This document shows, piece by piece, positions 1-8,736 of a stretch of 64,000 bases of DNA. Below the pieces are notes generated by a model that saw nothing but the letters and a program-made list of their open reading frames with translations, was not told the origin of the DNA and made no database searches. The stretch is from Nitrospirota bacterium (GTDB lineage: Bacteria > Nitrospirota > Thermodesulfovibrionia > Thermodesulfovibrionales > Dissulfurispiraceae). Made by a program: the position numbers and the translations under genes. The stretch lies in contig JBFMCP010000002.1 of the NCBI GenBank assembly GCA_040754455.1, forward strand, positions 64,001 through 128,000, written 5' to 3'. Numbering within the stretch: the first letter of the stretch is position 1; each line of letters opens with the position of its first letter.

Positions 1-2
1 AA

Positions 3-620
3 CACCAGGCCAAAGATCCGGCAAGTATTGCCCTTTATCCGGTCTGTGCAGCTTGCGAGGACGGCGCCAGGCGCGCAGCTGAGACGCCGGCGTCATTGCC
101 CCTGAGTCCCCGGAAGACTGCGAAAGCAATGATCGAGAGACCTCGCATTGTCGTTTCAGAGAAGCTCTCAGAGGTTATCAAAAAAACAAAAGATCGAGCA
201 ATCCAAGAAATAGAGGCATCCGTATCGGCGCAGCCTGAGCCAGGCGCGCCGGAGGCAAAGGAGGAAACCCGTATGGCCACAAAGAAAGATAAGAGGTGTC
301 GTATCCCGGGATGTAAAAGCAACAAGGTCAAAGACGACCTTTGCACAAAGCATTTCCGGAAAGAGCATGGAGCGGCTCCCTTCGGCAAAGGGGCAGCGCC
401 GAAAGAAAAAAAGAATAAGAAACGCGATGTGAACGTCACGCCCCCCCCCGAAAATTTCCAGGACATCAATCGACAAGCCGGTCATCGAGAAGCTGCTGCA
501 GGAGCTCCTGACAAGGGCGGAAGAGGTTCGCAGACTCTACACAACGCTGTATGTCATGAAGGAGTACGGCGCGGACATCGAGCTGCCCGACATCAAAACA
601 TTGGTGGGGGCATAGCGTGA
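3..620 (+). CDS. Hypothetical phage protein, 5'-truncated, possible frameshift at C9 tract (441-449)
   Basis: Frame is open from position 3; Cys/His motif CRIPGC..LCTKH; a more protein-like C-terminus lies in another frame after the C9 run. Confidence 0.55.
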   Translation, partial: HQAKDPASIALYPVCAACEDGARRAAETPASLPLSPRKTAKAMIERPRIVVSEKLSEVIKKTKDRAIQEIEASVSAQPEPGAPEAKEETRMATKKDKRCRIPGCKSNKVKDDLCTKHFRKEHGAAPFGKGAAPKEKKNKKRDVNVTPPPENFQDINRQAGHREAAAGAPDKGGRGSQTLHNAVCHEGVRRGHRAARHQNIGGGIA

Positions 621-724
621 AGGAGAAAACTCTGGCGCAGCTATTCAAACCACTGATCGAGAAATACGGTTCCCGGCGGGTGGCCGAGGCAATAGATGAA
701 TTTCTCAAGAAAGGCAGGAAGTAG
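617..724 (+). CDS. Small hypothetical protein (35 aa)
   Basis: GTG start, VKEKTLAQLFKPLIEKYGSRRVAEAIDEFLKKGRK; fills the gap between flanking ORFs. Confidence 0.5.
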   Translation: MKEKTLAQLFKPLIEKYGSRRVAEAIDEFLKKGRK

Positions 725-725
725 G

Positions 726-977
726 ATGTTGTCCACACAGGAATTACCAAAGGAGTTTATAGGGCACACTGCTATCAACAATGCATACGTCATCTGCATA
801 GCGTGCAGCAACCACATCATTATCATCGATGGGAGCTCTCGCACATGCCCATTCTGCAACAAGGGGCATTATGACTACCGGGCCGATGAACGTGCAGTCT
901 TCTTCACTGATTACAGGCAGCTCCCTATAACAAAGTTTTCAGCACAGTCAAATTTTTCACTGGAGGTAACAATATGA
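726..977 (+). CDS. Zinc-ribbon hypothetical protein
   Basis: CIAC...CPFC; stop overlaps next start (ATGA). Confidence 0.6.
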   Translation: MLSTQELPKEFIGHTAINNAYVICIACSNHIIIIDGSSRTCPFCNKGHYDYRADERAVFFTDYRQLPITKFSAQSNFSLEVTI

Positions 978-1597
978 GCAAAAAAGAATTGAAGGATCTG
1001 AATTCAGGCACACTCTGGGGCCGTATCGCCTCAGCTATTAGAAAGAAGTCGGACGGGGGCAAGCCTTATATTTTTATCACTCTTGAATGCGGCAATGAGT
1101 TCCTGGGCAATGTGCAGACATATGTCCGACTCTGGGGCGAGGAGCGCGTGGAGAAGTTCCTGGATTATTACAAGCAGCATCCTCATGACGCTTATCGTTT
1201 CTTCTGTTTCTTCAACCAGTACGAGGACGACGGGAGAATCCTCAGCAATTATACGGCTTACAAATGGGTCCCCTACCAGGGCTCGGAACTGAAAGCTACA
1301 TTTATTTTGAGGGGTAAGATCACCGGCGGGGACCTATCGGCAGATGAACCATATTTGAACCTTTACCTGAAGCGTGAAGGCGGCGAGGGATACGAACCTG
1401 CTGAGGAAAAGTTCTTGGTCTATCTCCATCCCAAGATGGTTTTTGTCAAAGGGGCGTCCCGTGAGGATCTCAAGGAGGATGCTCATGTCGAAATAGCGGG
1501 CTACCTGCGAGCCAAGGAGCCTGAGGACAGCTTTGGCCGGCAATCGAGCGATATCCGGCCGTACGTGATGGAAATGATCGTTTATCCGCCATTTTAA
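974..1597 (+). CDS. Putative tandem OB-fold ssDNA-binding protein
   Basis: Two SSB-like halves (NSGTLWGRI...LWGE; TFILRGKI...VEIAGYLR); GGAGG RBS. Confidence 0.5.
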   Translation: MSKKELKDLNSGTLWGRIASAIRKKSDGGKPYIFITLECGNEFLGNVQTYVRLWGEERVEKFLDYYKQHPHDAYRFFCFFNQYEDDGRILSNYTAYKWVPYQGSELKATFILRGKITGGDLSADEPYLNLYLKREGGEGYEPAEEKFLVYLHPKMVFVKGASREDLKEDAHVEIAGYLRAKEPEDSFGRQSSDIRPYVMEMIVYPPF

Positions 1598-1608
1598 GGA
1601 GGGGAAGG

Positions 1609-2037
1609 ATGGCTTATTCACAGCATCAGGAACTGTTCAGCAATGCCGGTCTCGAGACCGCCACATTTGCCGGCAATGTCTGTCTCGAGACCGGCTACAG
1701 CTGCGTAGAGTGGCTCTCCTGGTTCAGGGCTCACCATTCGCAGCTTGCTGCGAAATACCAGGCGGCTGAGGAGAAGATCAACACGCTCTGGGGCAAAAGC
1801 GACAGCAAGAGCATGGGAGAGTTTCAACGGGCCATAAAGAACTGGACCGATGCTATCAAGCTTGCCGTCGAAAAATACGTTGCCTGGAGGAAGGAGCAGG
1901 GGCATCCGCTGGACTATGTTTCGGAGCTGCCGGCGGAGGAATACAAGGGGCCTAAGACGCTGGCCGAGGCGATTGTGCAGGGGTGTGTGACTATGGAAAT
2001 AACAGTTAAAGAAAAACAATTTGCGGGGTGCGTGTAA
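1609..2037 (+). CDS. Hypothetical phage protein
   Basis: Strong AGGAGG RBS; operon packing. Confidence 0.65.
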   Translation: MAYSQHQELFSNAGLETATFAGNVCLETGYSCVEWLSWFRAHHSQLAAKYQAAEEKINTLWGKSDSKSMGEFQRAIKNWTDAIKLAVEKYVAWRKEQGHPLDYVSELPAEEYKGPKTLAEAIVQGCVTMEITVKEKQFAGCV

Positions 2038-2333
2038 TGGCAATAGTTACGCTCAATTTTAAGGTCAACACCGAGAATTTCCCTCTCACGTTCAGCAAAC
2101 AGCGGAGAGATTTTTTCAAGCGCCTGGCTGAAGAGGCTAAAGGCGATGATGCGAAGAAAGCTGCCCTGGAGAAGGCAGAGTTCTTCGGCGCTATTGTCGA
2201 AGGCCTCGAACGGGCGCAGATGGCTGGTGACAACCTCATGCTGATCATGCGCAACCTGATCCAGCCCTATATCGACAAATACGGCCGAGAGACGGTCCTC
2301 GACATGATCATGTCGAGCCTGGGCGGGAAATGA
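2037..2333 (+). CDS. Hypothetical phage protein
   Basis: TAATG coupling with upstream gene. Confidence 0.65.
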   Translation: MAIVTLNFKVNTENFPLTFSKQRRDFFKRLAEEAKGDDAKKAALEKAEFFGAIVEGLERAQMAGDNLMLIMRNLIQPYIDKYGRETVLDMIMSSLGGK

Positions 2334-2701
2334 AGATCATCCAGGAATATCCCCTTAGGATCGAGGAAGAGCAGCGGTTGATGCTGCCTCCAGATTCGGA
2401 GGTCCTGGCGATCGTCATTAAGTTGTGCAAATCAGTTCAATATTCCCTTGAGGGGATGTCATGGACACCAGAATGGTCCCTGATCCTCTGCGCGAAGATA
2501 TACAAAGACAGCGAGCCGACTGAAGAATGGATCATCAAGATGATCAAGAGCAGGGAAGAGTTGGGGTGCCCTAACGGAGACTATAAGACAACGGTTCAAT
2601 GGGGTGATGATCTGTACCACATTTACTGTGCTCCGAAGCCGGAGCCGTATGCCTGGTATGACAAAAAGCCAAAGGACGATGGAGAGATCGTCTCGCCCTG
2701 A
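2330..2701 (+). CDS. Hypothetical phage protein
   Basis: ATGA overlap; 123 aa. Confidence 0.6.
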   Translation: MKIIQEYPLRIEEEQRLMLPPDSEVLAIVIKLCKSVQYSLEGMSWTPEWSLILCAKIYKDSEPTEEWIIKMIKSREELGCPNGDYKTTVQWGDDLYHIYCAPKPEPYAWYDKKPKDDGEIVSP

Positions 2702-2909
2702 GAAAGTCGATCCTAGGGCCTCTCAGGAGGTCGACCGGAGCAGGTTCGACCCCGATGTGCAGAAATGTCTCATGTTGCTGGATAGAGTTTTTAGAAAGGA
2801 AATTACAGCGGAGCAGATGGAGAGGATGCTGAAAATACATTATTACAAGCCTCATCAAACAAACTGCCGTCACAGGCGGGAGAAAAAGAACCAGCCGAGG
2901 TTAATGTGA
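2679..2909 (+). CDS. Hypothetical phage protein
   Basis: AAGGA RBS before ATG 2679; stop overlaps next GTG. Confidence 0.5.
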   Translation: MERSSRPEKVDPRASQEVDRSRFDPDVQKCLMLLDRVFRKEITAEQMERMLKIHYYKPHQTNCRHRREKKNQPRLM

Positions 2910-3070
2910 ACTGCACTATTTGCAAAGAGACTTATGAGGGTAATCCTCCTTGTGATGAATGTCTAGCTCTGCTCATAGGCCCTAAGGCTGCACCGACTCC
3001 CCTCCTGGATGAGCTTGAGACAGGGCCTTGGCCGTCTTTTGTGACAGAGGACGGGGGACCCGGAGAATGA
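2906..3070 (+). CDS. 54-aa CxxC/CxxC microprotein with DsrA N-terminal-like motif (not in ORF track)
   Basis: MNCTICKETYEGNPPCDECLALLIGPKAAPTPLLDELETGPWPSFVTEDGGPGE; GAGG RBS; 4-nt overlaps with genes on both sides. Confidence 0.7.
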   Translation: MNCTICKETYEGNPPCDECLALLIGPKAAPTPLLDELETGPWPSFVTEDGGPGE

Positions 3071-3306
3071 AAACCTCAAACATTATTGATGTCAGAGGAG
3101 ACTGTATGTACAAGCAACCGACGACGTTTGACTGGCTCGTTAATTCTTCATCCGAGGAAACGAGGAATACTGCTCGGCGGACCGATGATATCGCCGTCCT
3201 CGAGAGCGCCCTCGAGGCGGTGAAGAAAAAGGGAGAAAAGACAAAAGAGAAGATCATCCAGGCGCGCATTAACCGGCTCAGAAAAACAGGGAGCAATAAC
3301 CAGTGA
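3067..3306 (+). CDS. Hypothetical phage protein
   Basis: GGAG RBS, ATGA overlap. Confidence 0.6.
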   Translation: MKTSNIIDVRGDCMYKQPTTFDWLVNSSSEETRNTARRTDDIAVLESALEAVKKKGEKTKEKIIQARINRLRKTGSNNQ

Positions 3307-3629
3307 GTAGCCTAGCCCATTTAAAGCCTGCTACGAAAGCTCTCTTTATCCCTCTCAAGAAAGAGCACTTCGATGCCTTCGAGCGTGGAGATAAGACGTT
3401 CGAGTTCCGGCAGTTCGGCAAAAGGTGGAATGAGAGGACCTGCAAGGTCGGAAGACCTGTAGTGCTGTCCTGTGGATACGGGAAGGCTCGGAGGCTCTCT
3501 GGGACTATTAAGTCTTTTGCGAAGAGTCCTGTCTGGAAGTCAAAGGGCTACGCTGAATATTTACTCTGCTATGGAGGTCTGGCTATCGGGCCAGTTGCTG
3601 AGATAGAAATTGAAGTTAAAAGGAGGTGA
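3303..3629 (+). CDS. ASCH domain protein
   Basis: LFIPLKKEHFDAFERGDKTFEFR matches the ASCH GxKxxExR motif. Confidence 0.8.
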   Translation: MSSLAHLKPATKALFIPLKKEHFDAFERGDKTFEFRQFGKRWNERTCKVGRPVVLSCGYGKARRLSGTIKSFAKSPVWKSKGYAEYLLCYGGLAIGPVAEIEIEVKRR

Positions 3630-3635
3630 TGAACA

Positions 3636-3851
3636 ATGTCCTATTCAGTGAATCAGAAGTGTTACGACTGCAAGAAGCAGCCTAAATGTTCCGACGGAAA
3701 CATTATCCAGGCTGCAGTATCACTCATTCATACACTTGGAACCGACAAGGGGCACTTGGGAGGCGGCAGTATTACCCATGAGTGTACCTATGGGTTCGAG
3801 GATAAGAATGCACCGGAAGCAGCACCGGCCGGCGAACAGCAGCCGACATAA
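3636..3851 (+). CDS. Small Cys-rich hypothetical protein
   Basis: AGGAGG RBS; CYDC..C motif. Confidence 0.6.
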   Translation: MSYSVNQKCYDCKKQPKCSDGNIIQAAVSLIHTLGTDKGHLGGGSITHECTYGFEDKNAPEAAPAGEQQPT

Positions 3852-3861
3852 GGCTGAGACG

Positions 3862-3889
3862 AAAGGGGAGGGGCAACTCTCCCCTTTTT
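3862..3889 (+). terminator. Intrinsic terminator
   Basis: AAAGGGGAGGG-GCAA-CTCTCCCCTTT stem followed by T run. Confidence 0.7.
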
Positions 3890-3921
3890 AATTAACTCTT
3901 AACTTTTATGAAAGGGAAACA

Positions 3922-4164
3922 ATGATCACACTGGGACAGAAGTATAAAGACAAGATCACCGGCTTTGAAGGAGTGGCTACAGGCTACGTGCAATACATCA
4001 GCGGCTGTAATCAGGCGCTTCTTGTTCCAAAGGTTTCAGCAGATGGAACACTGCGCGAATCACTATGGTTTGATGTTCAGCGTTTGGAGGTTGTGGGGAC
4101 AGAAGTAATCAAGCTCGATAACGGCGAGAAGCCCGGATGTGATTGTCCGGCACCTAAACGGTAA
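3922..4164 (+). CDS. Small phage hypothetical protein
   Basis: LGQKYKDKITGFEGVATG...GCNQ...WFD pattern resembles common small phage proteins. Confidence 0.7.
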   Translation: MITLGQKYKDKITGFEGVATGYVQYISGCNQALLVPKVSADGTLRESLWFDVQRLEVVGTEVIKLDNGEKPGCDCPAPKR

Positions 4165-4628
4165 TGATCCTGGCATTTCTTCAAAACCTCTGGGTGAAAG
4201 AGCCTGAAAGAGCTCGAGCGATACTCGAAAGAGAGTCCGAAGAGTTCCGTGTTCAGTTTATTAGGAGACTGTTGTTTCACGGAGGGTTGACCGGCAAGCG
4301 TATTCAGCAATGTTTCGGTGATCTTACCTCGATCATCATTTTTGAGGAGGCCACGCGGGAGATATCCGGGGACTCGAAGACGATCTGTCCTCCGGATCCT
4401 CGGCATATAGCTGGATGCCTGGACCGATATCGGCCGGTGGTAGTACTGACATTCGGGAAGGTGGCATCAGATGCTGTTGCGCCTCTATGGAAAGGGCGTT
4501 TATTGGTTTGCCCTCATCCTGCAGCGAGACAGCGCGACACAGTAACAAAGCTGCAAGCTGCAGCGGAAGAACTCACGGAATGGTGGGTGGAGAACTATGG
4601 CATGCCCGCACAGAGAGCAGATCGGTAA
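4164..4628 (+). CDS. Uracil-DNA glycosylase superfamily-like protein
   Basis: RPVVVLTFGKVA and PHPAAR motifs. Confidence 0.6.
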   Translation: MILAFLQNLWVKEPERARAILERESEEFRVQFIRRLLFHGGLTGKRIQQCFGDLTSIIIFEEATREISGDSKTICPPDPRHIAGCLDRYRPVVVLTFGKVASDAVAPLWKGRLLVCPHPAARQRDTVTKLQAAAEELTEWWVENYGMPAQRADR

Positions 4629-4790
4629 GGGCCTCTACTTCTGCTTACAGCAGGGGGCATGCTGCACTCGCTGCAGAGCGGTGCCGGTGGAGATTCGGCT
4701 CAATGTGAAAAAGGGAGCCAGCAATAAAACTACGAGCGCACTGAAGAAAGCGCTCGTGCACGCCGCGAGGCATTTTATGGAGGGGAAGTA

Positions 4791-4988
4791 ATGTACGGGT
4801 ATCTCTATGATCGAGCTTTGACGTTGGAAATGCGTGAATGGCTGCGGGCGAGTTGGGAGATTTTCCAATTTAACTTTAGACCGGACATCACGGTCATCCC
4901 CCGCATAAGGATGTTTCATCGGAAGATGATGATTTGTTTAAGCGGCTGGCTTGGAAGAGTCGGCAAAAAGAAAAAGAGAGGCAAATAG
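4791..4988 (+). CDS. Hypothetical phage protein
   Basis: GGAGG RBS; coupled to neighbours. Confidence 0.5.
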   Translation: MYGYLYDRALTLEMREWLRASWEIFQFNFRPDITVIPRIRMFHRKMMICLSGWLGRVGKKKKRGK

Positions 4989-5488
4989 TGGATATTTACG
5001 TTCCCGATCGGCAGGAACTTAATTCCATAAAGAAGCCCGCAAAAGTGAAGGGCAACAGATGGGGCTTCTGCGGCATCGCAGCCATGAGCGCGGCGATCGG
5101 GATTGCCCCATTAAAGATATGCGACTCAATTCCGGACTGGCCCGGATATACGCCCTCGAGGATGCTTATCGAAACGCTGGCGAAGTTCGGTTATGACTGC
5201 AGGAGGATCCTGATCCCGAAACTGGAGCAGCAAATGTGGCCGTTATATCAAGCAGGGCATCCCTCCAAGATAGCGATCGGCCGTATTTACTGGAGCGAAG
5301 GGAAATACGCCGATTCTCACTGGATTTGTTTTAACTGGAGCATGGAGAGTCTGGACGATCCTTATCCGGGACTATATGACAACACCTTCTACGATGGCTG
5401 GTGGGATACCAGGCATTTGAAATTCTATATCGAGAACAGGACGGCGAAGCTCAAGAGTTTGTATTTCGTCATAAAGGGGGAGAAATAA
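4988..5488 (+). CDS. Papain-like (C39-like) cysteine peptidase domain protein
   Basis: CGIAAMS, SHW and YDN in Cys-His-Asp order. Confidence 0.5.
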   Translation: MDIYVPDRQELNSIKKPAKVKGNRWGFCGIAAMSAAIGIAPLKICDSIPDWPGYTPSRMLIETLAKFGYDCRRILIPKLEQQMWPLYQAGHPSKIAIGRIYWSEGKYADSHWICFNWSMESLDDPYPGLYDNTFYDGWWDTRHLKFYIENRTAKLKSLYFVIKGEK

Positions 5489-5490
5489 TT

Positions 5491-6450
5491 ATGGGAACCA
5501 AATCGGTTCAGAAAAAAGGTTTGCTGTATCTATCTAAGGATGATCTTCTCACTCATCCGAAGAACCTGCGGCGTTTCTATCCGGAGTACCAGGTGCGCGA
5601 GATGGCTGAATCGATCCGCGCGGTCGGCGGAGTGCTGCAGGCGCTGCTAATCGTCCATAGCGGCCAGGCCGGGAAATACTTTGTCGTAGACGGCAATATG
5701 CGGCTTGCCGGCGCGAGGGCATTAGGGGATGAATGTCCTCCGCTCAAATGCGAAATAGTAGACAAGGGCAAGGCCGAGCAGCTGCTGGCCATGGTGGTGA
5801 CTGCGAAGTTTCGTTACGAACCCGATCCCATAAGCGAGGCGCTCCATTATAAACGCTTGATCGAAGAGGAGGGCTATAGCGCCCCCCGAATTTCCAGAGC
5901 AACGGGCACACATACCGCCACTATCTATACAAGACTTAAATTGCTCGAGCTCGATCCGGAGATACAGGAGCTGATAGGTAATCGCAAACTGCCTTCAGCC
6001 CAAGAGGCGATTAATGCCCTTCTCTCAATCTCTGATCCACGGGTGAGAGTGAAGCTTGCTCAGCGCCTGGCAAAGGATGAGCCGACTATAAAGGCTGTTG
6101 TCGCTGCCTGCGATCGGCTTCTTTCTCAGCTTGGAAAAGTCTCGGCTTCCAAAACGAAAGGATCTCCGGCCCTTGCACATCAAGAAACATCAGGTGCTGG
6201 CATCAACCGGAATTCGACGGTGGACATGGAGCACGTGCGCGATGCGGCCAAGGCAACCTGTAAAGAATGCGACATTCGACTCGGGCAGCTTTCGTCAGCC
6301 CCGGAGCCTGCATGGGCGCTGATCACGCACGCCGCTGAACAGACATGTGATGCCTGTAACATCCGGGAAGTAATCGGTGCCTGCAAAAACTGCCCGGCCG
6401 TCGACATTATGCGCAACCTTATTAATGCAATGACGGTAGGGCGCGCATGA
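5491..6450 (+). CDS. ParB/Srx N-terminal domain protein with C-terminal Cys cluster
   Basis: HPKNLRR...SIRAVGGVLQAL...VVDGNMRL; HTH; three CxxC pairs. Confidence 0.8.
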   Translation: MGTKSVQKKGLLYLSKDDLLTHPKNLRRFYPEYQVREMAESIRAVGGVLQALLIVHSGQAGKYFVVDGNMRLAGARALGDECPPLKCEIVDKGKAEQLLAMVVTAKFRYEPDPISEALHYKRLIEEEGYSAPRISRATGTHTATIYTRLKLLELDPEIQELIGNRKLPSAQEAINALLSISDPRVRVKLAQRLAKDEPTIKAVVAACDRLLSQLGKVSASKTKGSPALAHQETSGAGINRNSTVDMEHVRDAAKATCKECDIRLGQLSSAPEPAWALITHAAEQTCDACNIREVIGACKNCPAVDIMRNLINAMTVGRA

Positions 6451-7613
6451 TGGATAATCTGGATCTGCTCATCGAGACCTCAACGGTCCAGGGACAGCTC
6501 GATGCGGGGATATCGCCATCGGTCGTTGCTGCGCGCTCATCACTCGGTACGCGCGGGGTTGCAGTGCTTTCGGGCAAAAAGGGTGAAACCAGGAAGGCAA
6601 AGATGCCGAGCTGGACCCCGGAAGAAGATAAGTTCCTGGAGACGTATCTCGGCATCCTTTCCGAGGAGGAGATCGCCGAGGCCCTGGGGAGGACATATTA
6701 TGCTGTGCACGTCCGATGGAAACGGGATCTGGCATTAAGAGCGCCCTCAAAGCGGCCTGATGTTTTGACGGGCAACCAGGTGGCTTATGGTTTGGGAATA
6801 GACATTCATTCCGCTATGCATCTTATCGACCGGGGCATTCTACCGGGATGGGAGCTGCCTTCTGTGCGCCGGATGCGAATCGTCAGGAGGATTGTGCTCC
6901 TTCAATTCATAACCAATCCTCTGAACTGGTGTTACTTCAAGCCGGAGAGGGTTGGACGAGCTCAATTTTCACCGAAGACGATGCTTCGAAAAGGGAAGGC
7001 ATACGATGTTGAGTTTTGGGAATATGCTCGCCGCCTGGTGCTGAAGCGGAAAAGCCTCTGGAAAGATGAGTGGTGGCGAATCGGCGAGGTTGCCCGGTAT
7101 CACGGGGTAGATCACTCCCTTGTAAATAAATATATCCACGACGGCGTCCTGAAAGCAACAGACTGGGGCAACTGGTGGATTCTGAAATCGCACGCGATGG
7201 ATCCTTCATTGCATTTCGTTACCGGGAAAGGGCGTAAGGGAGTTGACGTTATCAATGTGAGCCAGCGTGCAGAGGCATTCATCGTGCTTGCTGAAGCGGT
7301 CGGGCTGATGGAATCGGAGATCGCTGCATTGATGACATGGAAAGAGAAACGTATCACATATCTGAAGCGCCGGCTGCGCGAACAGGGACGCATTCCGCAG
7401 ATCATCAAAGAGAACAATCTGAAGGTCTATTACAACAAGAAAACGGAAGAGGTTTATGCGGACTGGAAGAAACACCGTGATCGGTTCCCGCGGCTTTCAA
7501 AGCTGATGGGACGGCGCGGGCGCCCAGGGCGGCGGAGCCGCGTAGAGGCGAAATATATCAACCGTGTGAAACGAAAGGCTGAGGTATATAGAGAGTGGAA
7601 AAGCAGAAGATAA
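6447..7613 (+). CDS. Multi-HTH DNA-binding protein
   Basis: WTPEEDKFL...EIAEALGRT plus MerR/Xis-like HTH segments. Confidence 0.6.
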   Translation: MMDNLDLLIETSTVQGQLDAGISPSVVAARSSLGTRGVAVLSGKKGETRKAKMPSWTPEEDKFLETYLGILSEEEIAEALGRTYYAVHVRWKRDLALRAPSKRPDVLTGNQVAYGLGIDIHSAMHLIDRGILPGWELPSVRRMRIVRRIVLLQFITNPLNWCYFKPERVGRAQFSPKTMLRKGKAYDVEFWEYARRLVLKRKSLWKDEWWRIGEVARYHGVDHSLVNKYIHDGVLKATDWGNWWILKSHAMDPSLHFVTGKGRKGVDVINVSQRAEAFIVLAEAVGLMESEIAALMTWKEKRITYLKRRLREQGRIPQIIKENNLKVYYNKKTEEVYADWKKHRDRFPRLSKLMGRRGRPGRRSRVEAKYINRVKRKAEVYREWKSRR

Positions 7614-8164
7614 GAGAGCATCAATTCATAACTCCTGCCGAATGTGACTGCGGCGGTACCGGGCATTGCAATATCTGCGATGGAGGATTGGCCATATGTA
7701 AGATCTGCGGAGGAGCTGAAGGATCTCTTCCGACCGAGTGCCCTGGCGAAAAGATGATCGCTCATCAGGATGAGGCTGTCTACGCCGGCAAGCTCGATTT
7801 CTTTAATGGTCAATGGACCGTGATTCTATCCTCACACCGAATTGATGCTTACAGCGATAATCACCGGCACGAGGATATCCCCCAAGCTTATCGTGTTTGT
7901 GAAAATGCCGATTCAGTTACCGGGCTTATGATCTACGGGCTCTATAACGGCGAGTGGATAGCGAATCCTAATGGACGTGCCTTGATCAGGCATCTCCTGG
8001 ATGAACTGCAGAAAGCACAGGAAGAAATTAAGATTTCTGATAAGCTCCTCGCCGAACGCAATCGAGTTTTAGAGGCAATCCCGGAATGTCCAATACATGG
8101 CAAGCAGTGTATTCCACACGCGATGGATTGGATCCAGCGGAAGAGGGGGAAGGTGTCAGCATGA
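7595..8164 (+). CDS. Cys-rich hypothetical phage protein
   Basis: CNICDGGLAICKICGGAEGSLPTECPG motif. Confidence 0.6.
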   Translation: MEKQKIREHQFITPAECDCGGTGHCNICDGGLAICKICGGAEGSLPTECPGEKMIAHQDEAVYAGKLDFFNGQWTVILSSHRIDAYSDNHRHEDIPQAYRVCENADSVTGLMIYGLYNGEWIANPNGRALIRHLLDELQKAQEEIKISDKLLAERNRVLEAIPECPIHGKQCIPHAMDWIQRKRGKVSA

Positions 8165-8324
8165 AAGGTACTGAAGAAAATACTCAGAAAGGGAATCATG
8201 ACCCAAAGATGGTTTCCTTTGAATTAAGGGAAGTGGGAGATGTAGAAATAATCCTTCTTCCTGCAAAGGAATGGAAGCTGGTATCTAGTGATCAGGATTT
8301 AATTGTGCTGAGCAGAGGGAGGGG

Positions 8325-8555
8325 ATGATGGCTGAATATCAGGTTTTGAAGAGACCCGAAAACGATCCTATTTGTTACGACGAGGAGACGATCATCGAGG
8401 CCTGCAAGCGATCGGGCTGTGATGAGGGCCAGAGGGAAGACTGTCACCTCAGGATGAGAGAGACGAACGACCTTAGTTGCCTCGACTGCTTTTGTCGTTG
8501 TGTAGATATCGAGAGGGGAAAGGGGAAGAGTGATGGCAAAGATATTCAGAGCTGA
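8325..8555 (+). CDS. Small Cys-rich hypothetical protein
   Basis: RBS and operon packing. Confidence 0.5.
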   Translation: MMAEYQVLKRPENDPICYDEETIIEACKRSGCDEGQREDCHLRMRETNDLSCLDCFCRCVDIERGKGKSDGKDIQS

Positions 8556-8733
8556 ACTTATTATCCAGACTGAAGATGAAGTGACGGAAAGCGAATTGAA
8601 TGATGCTATCTTGGCTCAAATCGATGGAGAAGATACGATCGAGACCGGTAGCCGGATGATTTTGAATGAATCAACCGTAACGTTTTTGGAAGATGTACGG
8701 GATGAAGCAATTGAAATGGGAGGCCCTAAATAG
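8530..8733 (+). CDS. Small acidic hypothetical protein
   Basis: RBS; abuts primase start. Confidence 0.55.
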   Translation: MMAKIFRAELIIQTEDEVTESELNDAILAQIDGEDTIETGSRMILNESTVTFLEDVRDEAIEMGGPK

Positions 8734-8736
8734 CCT

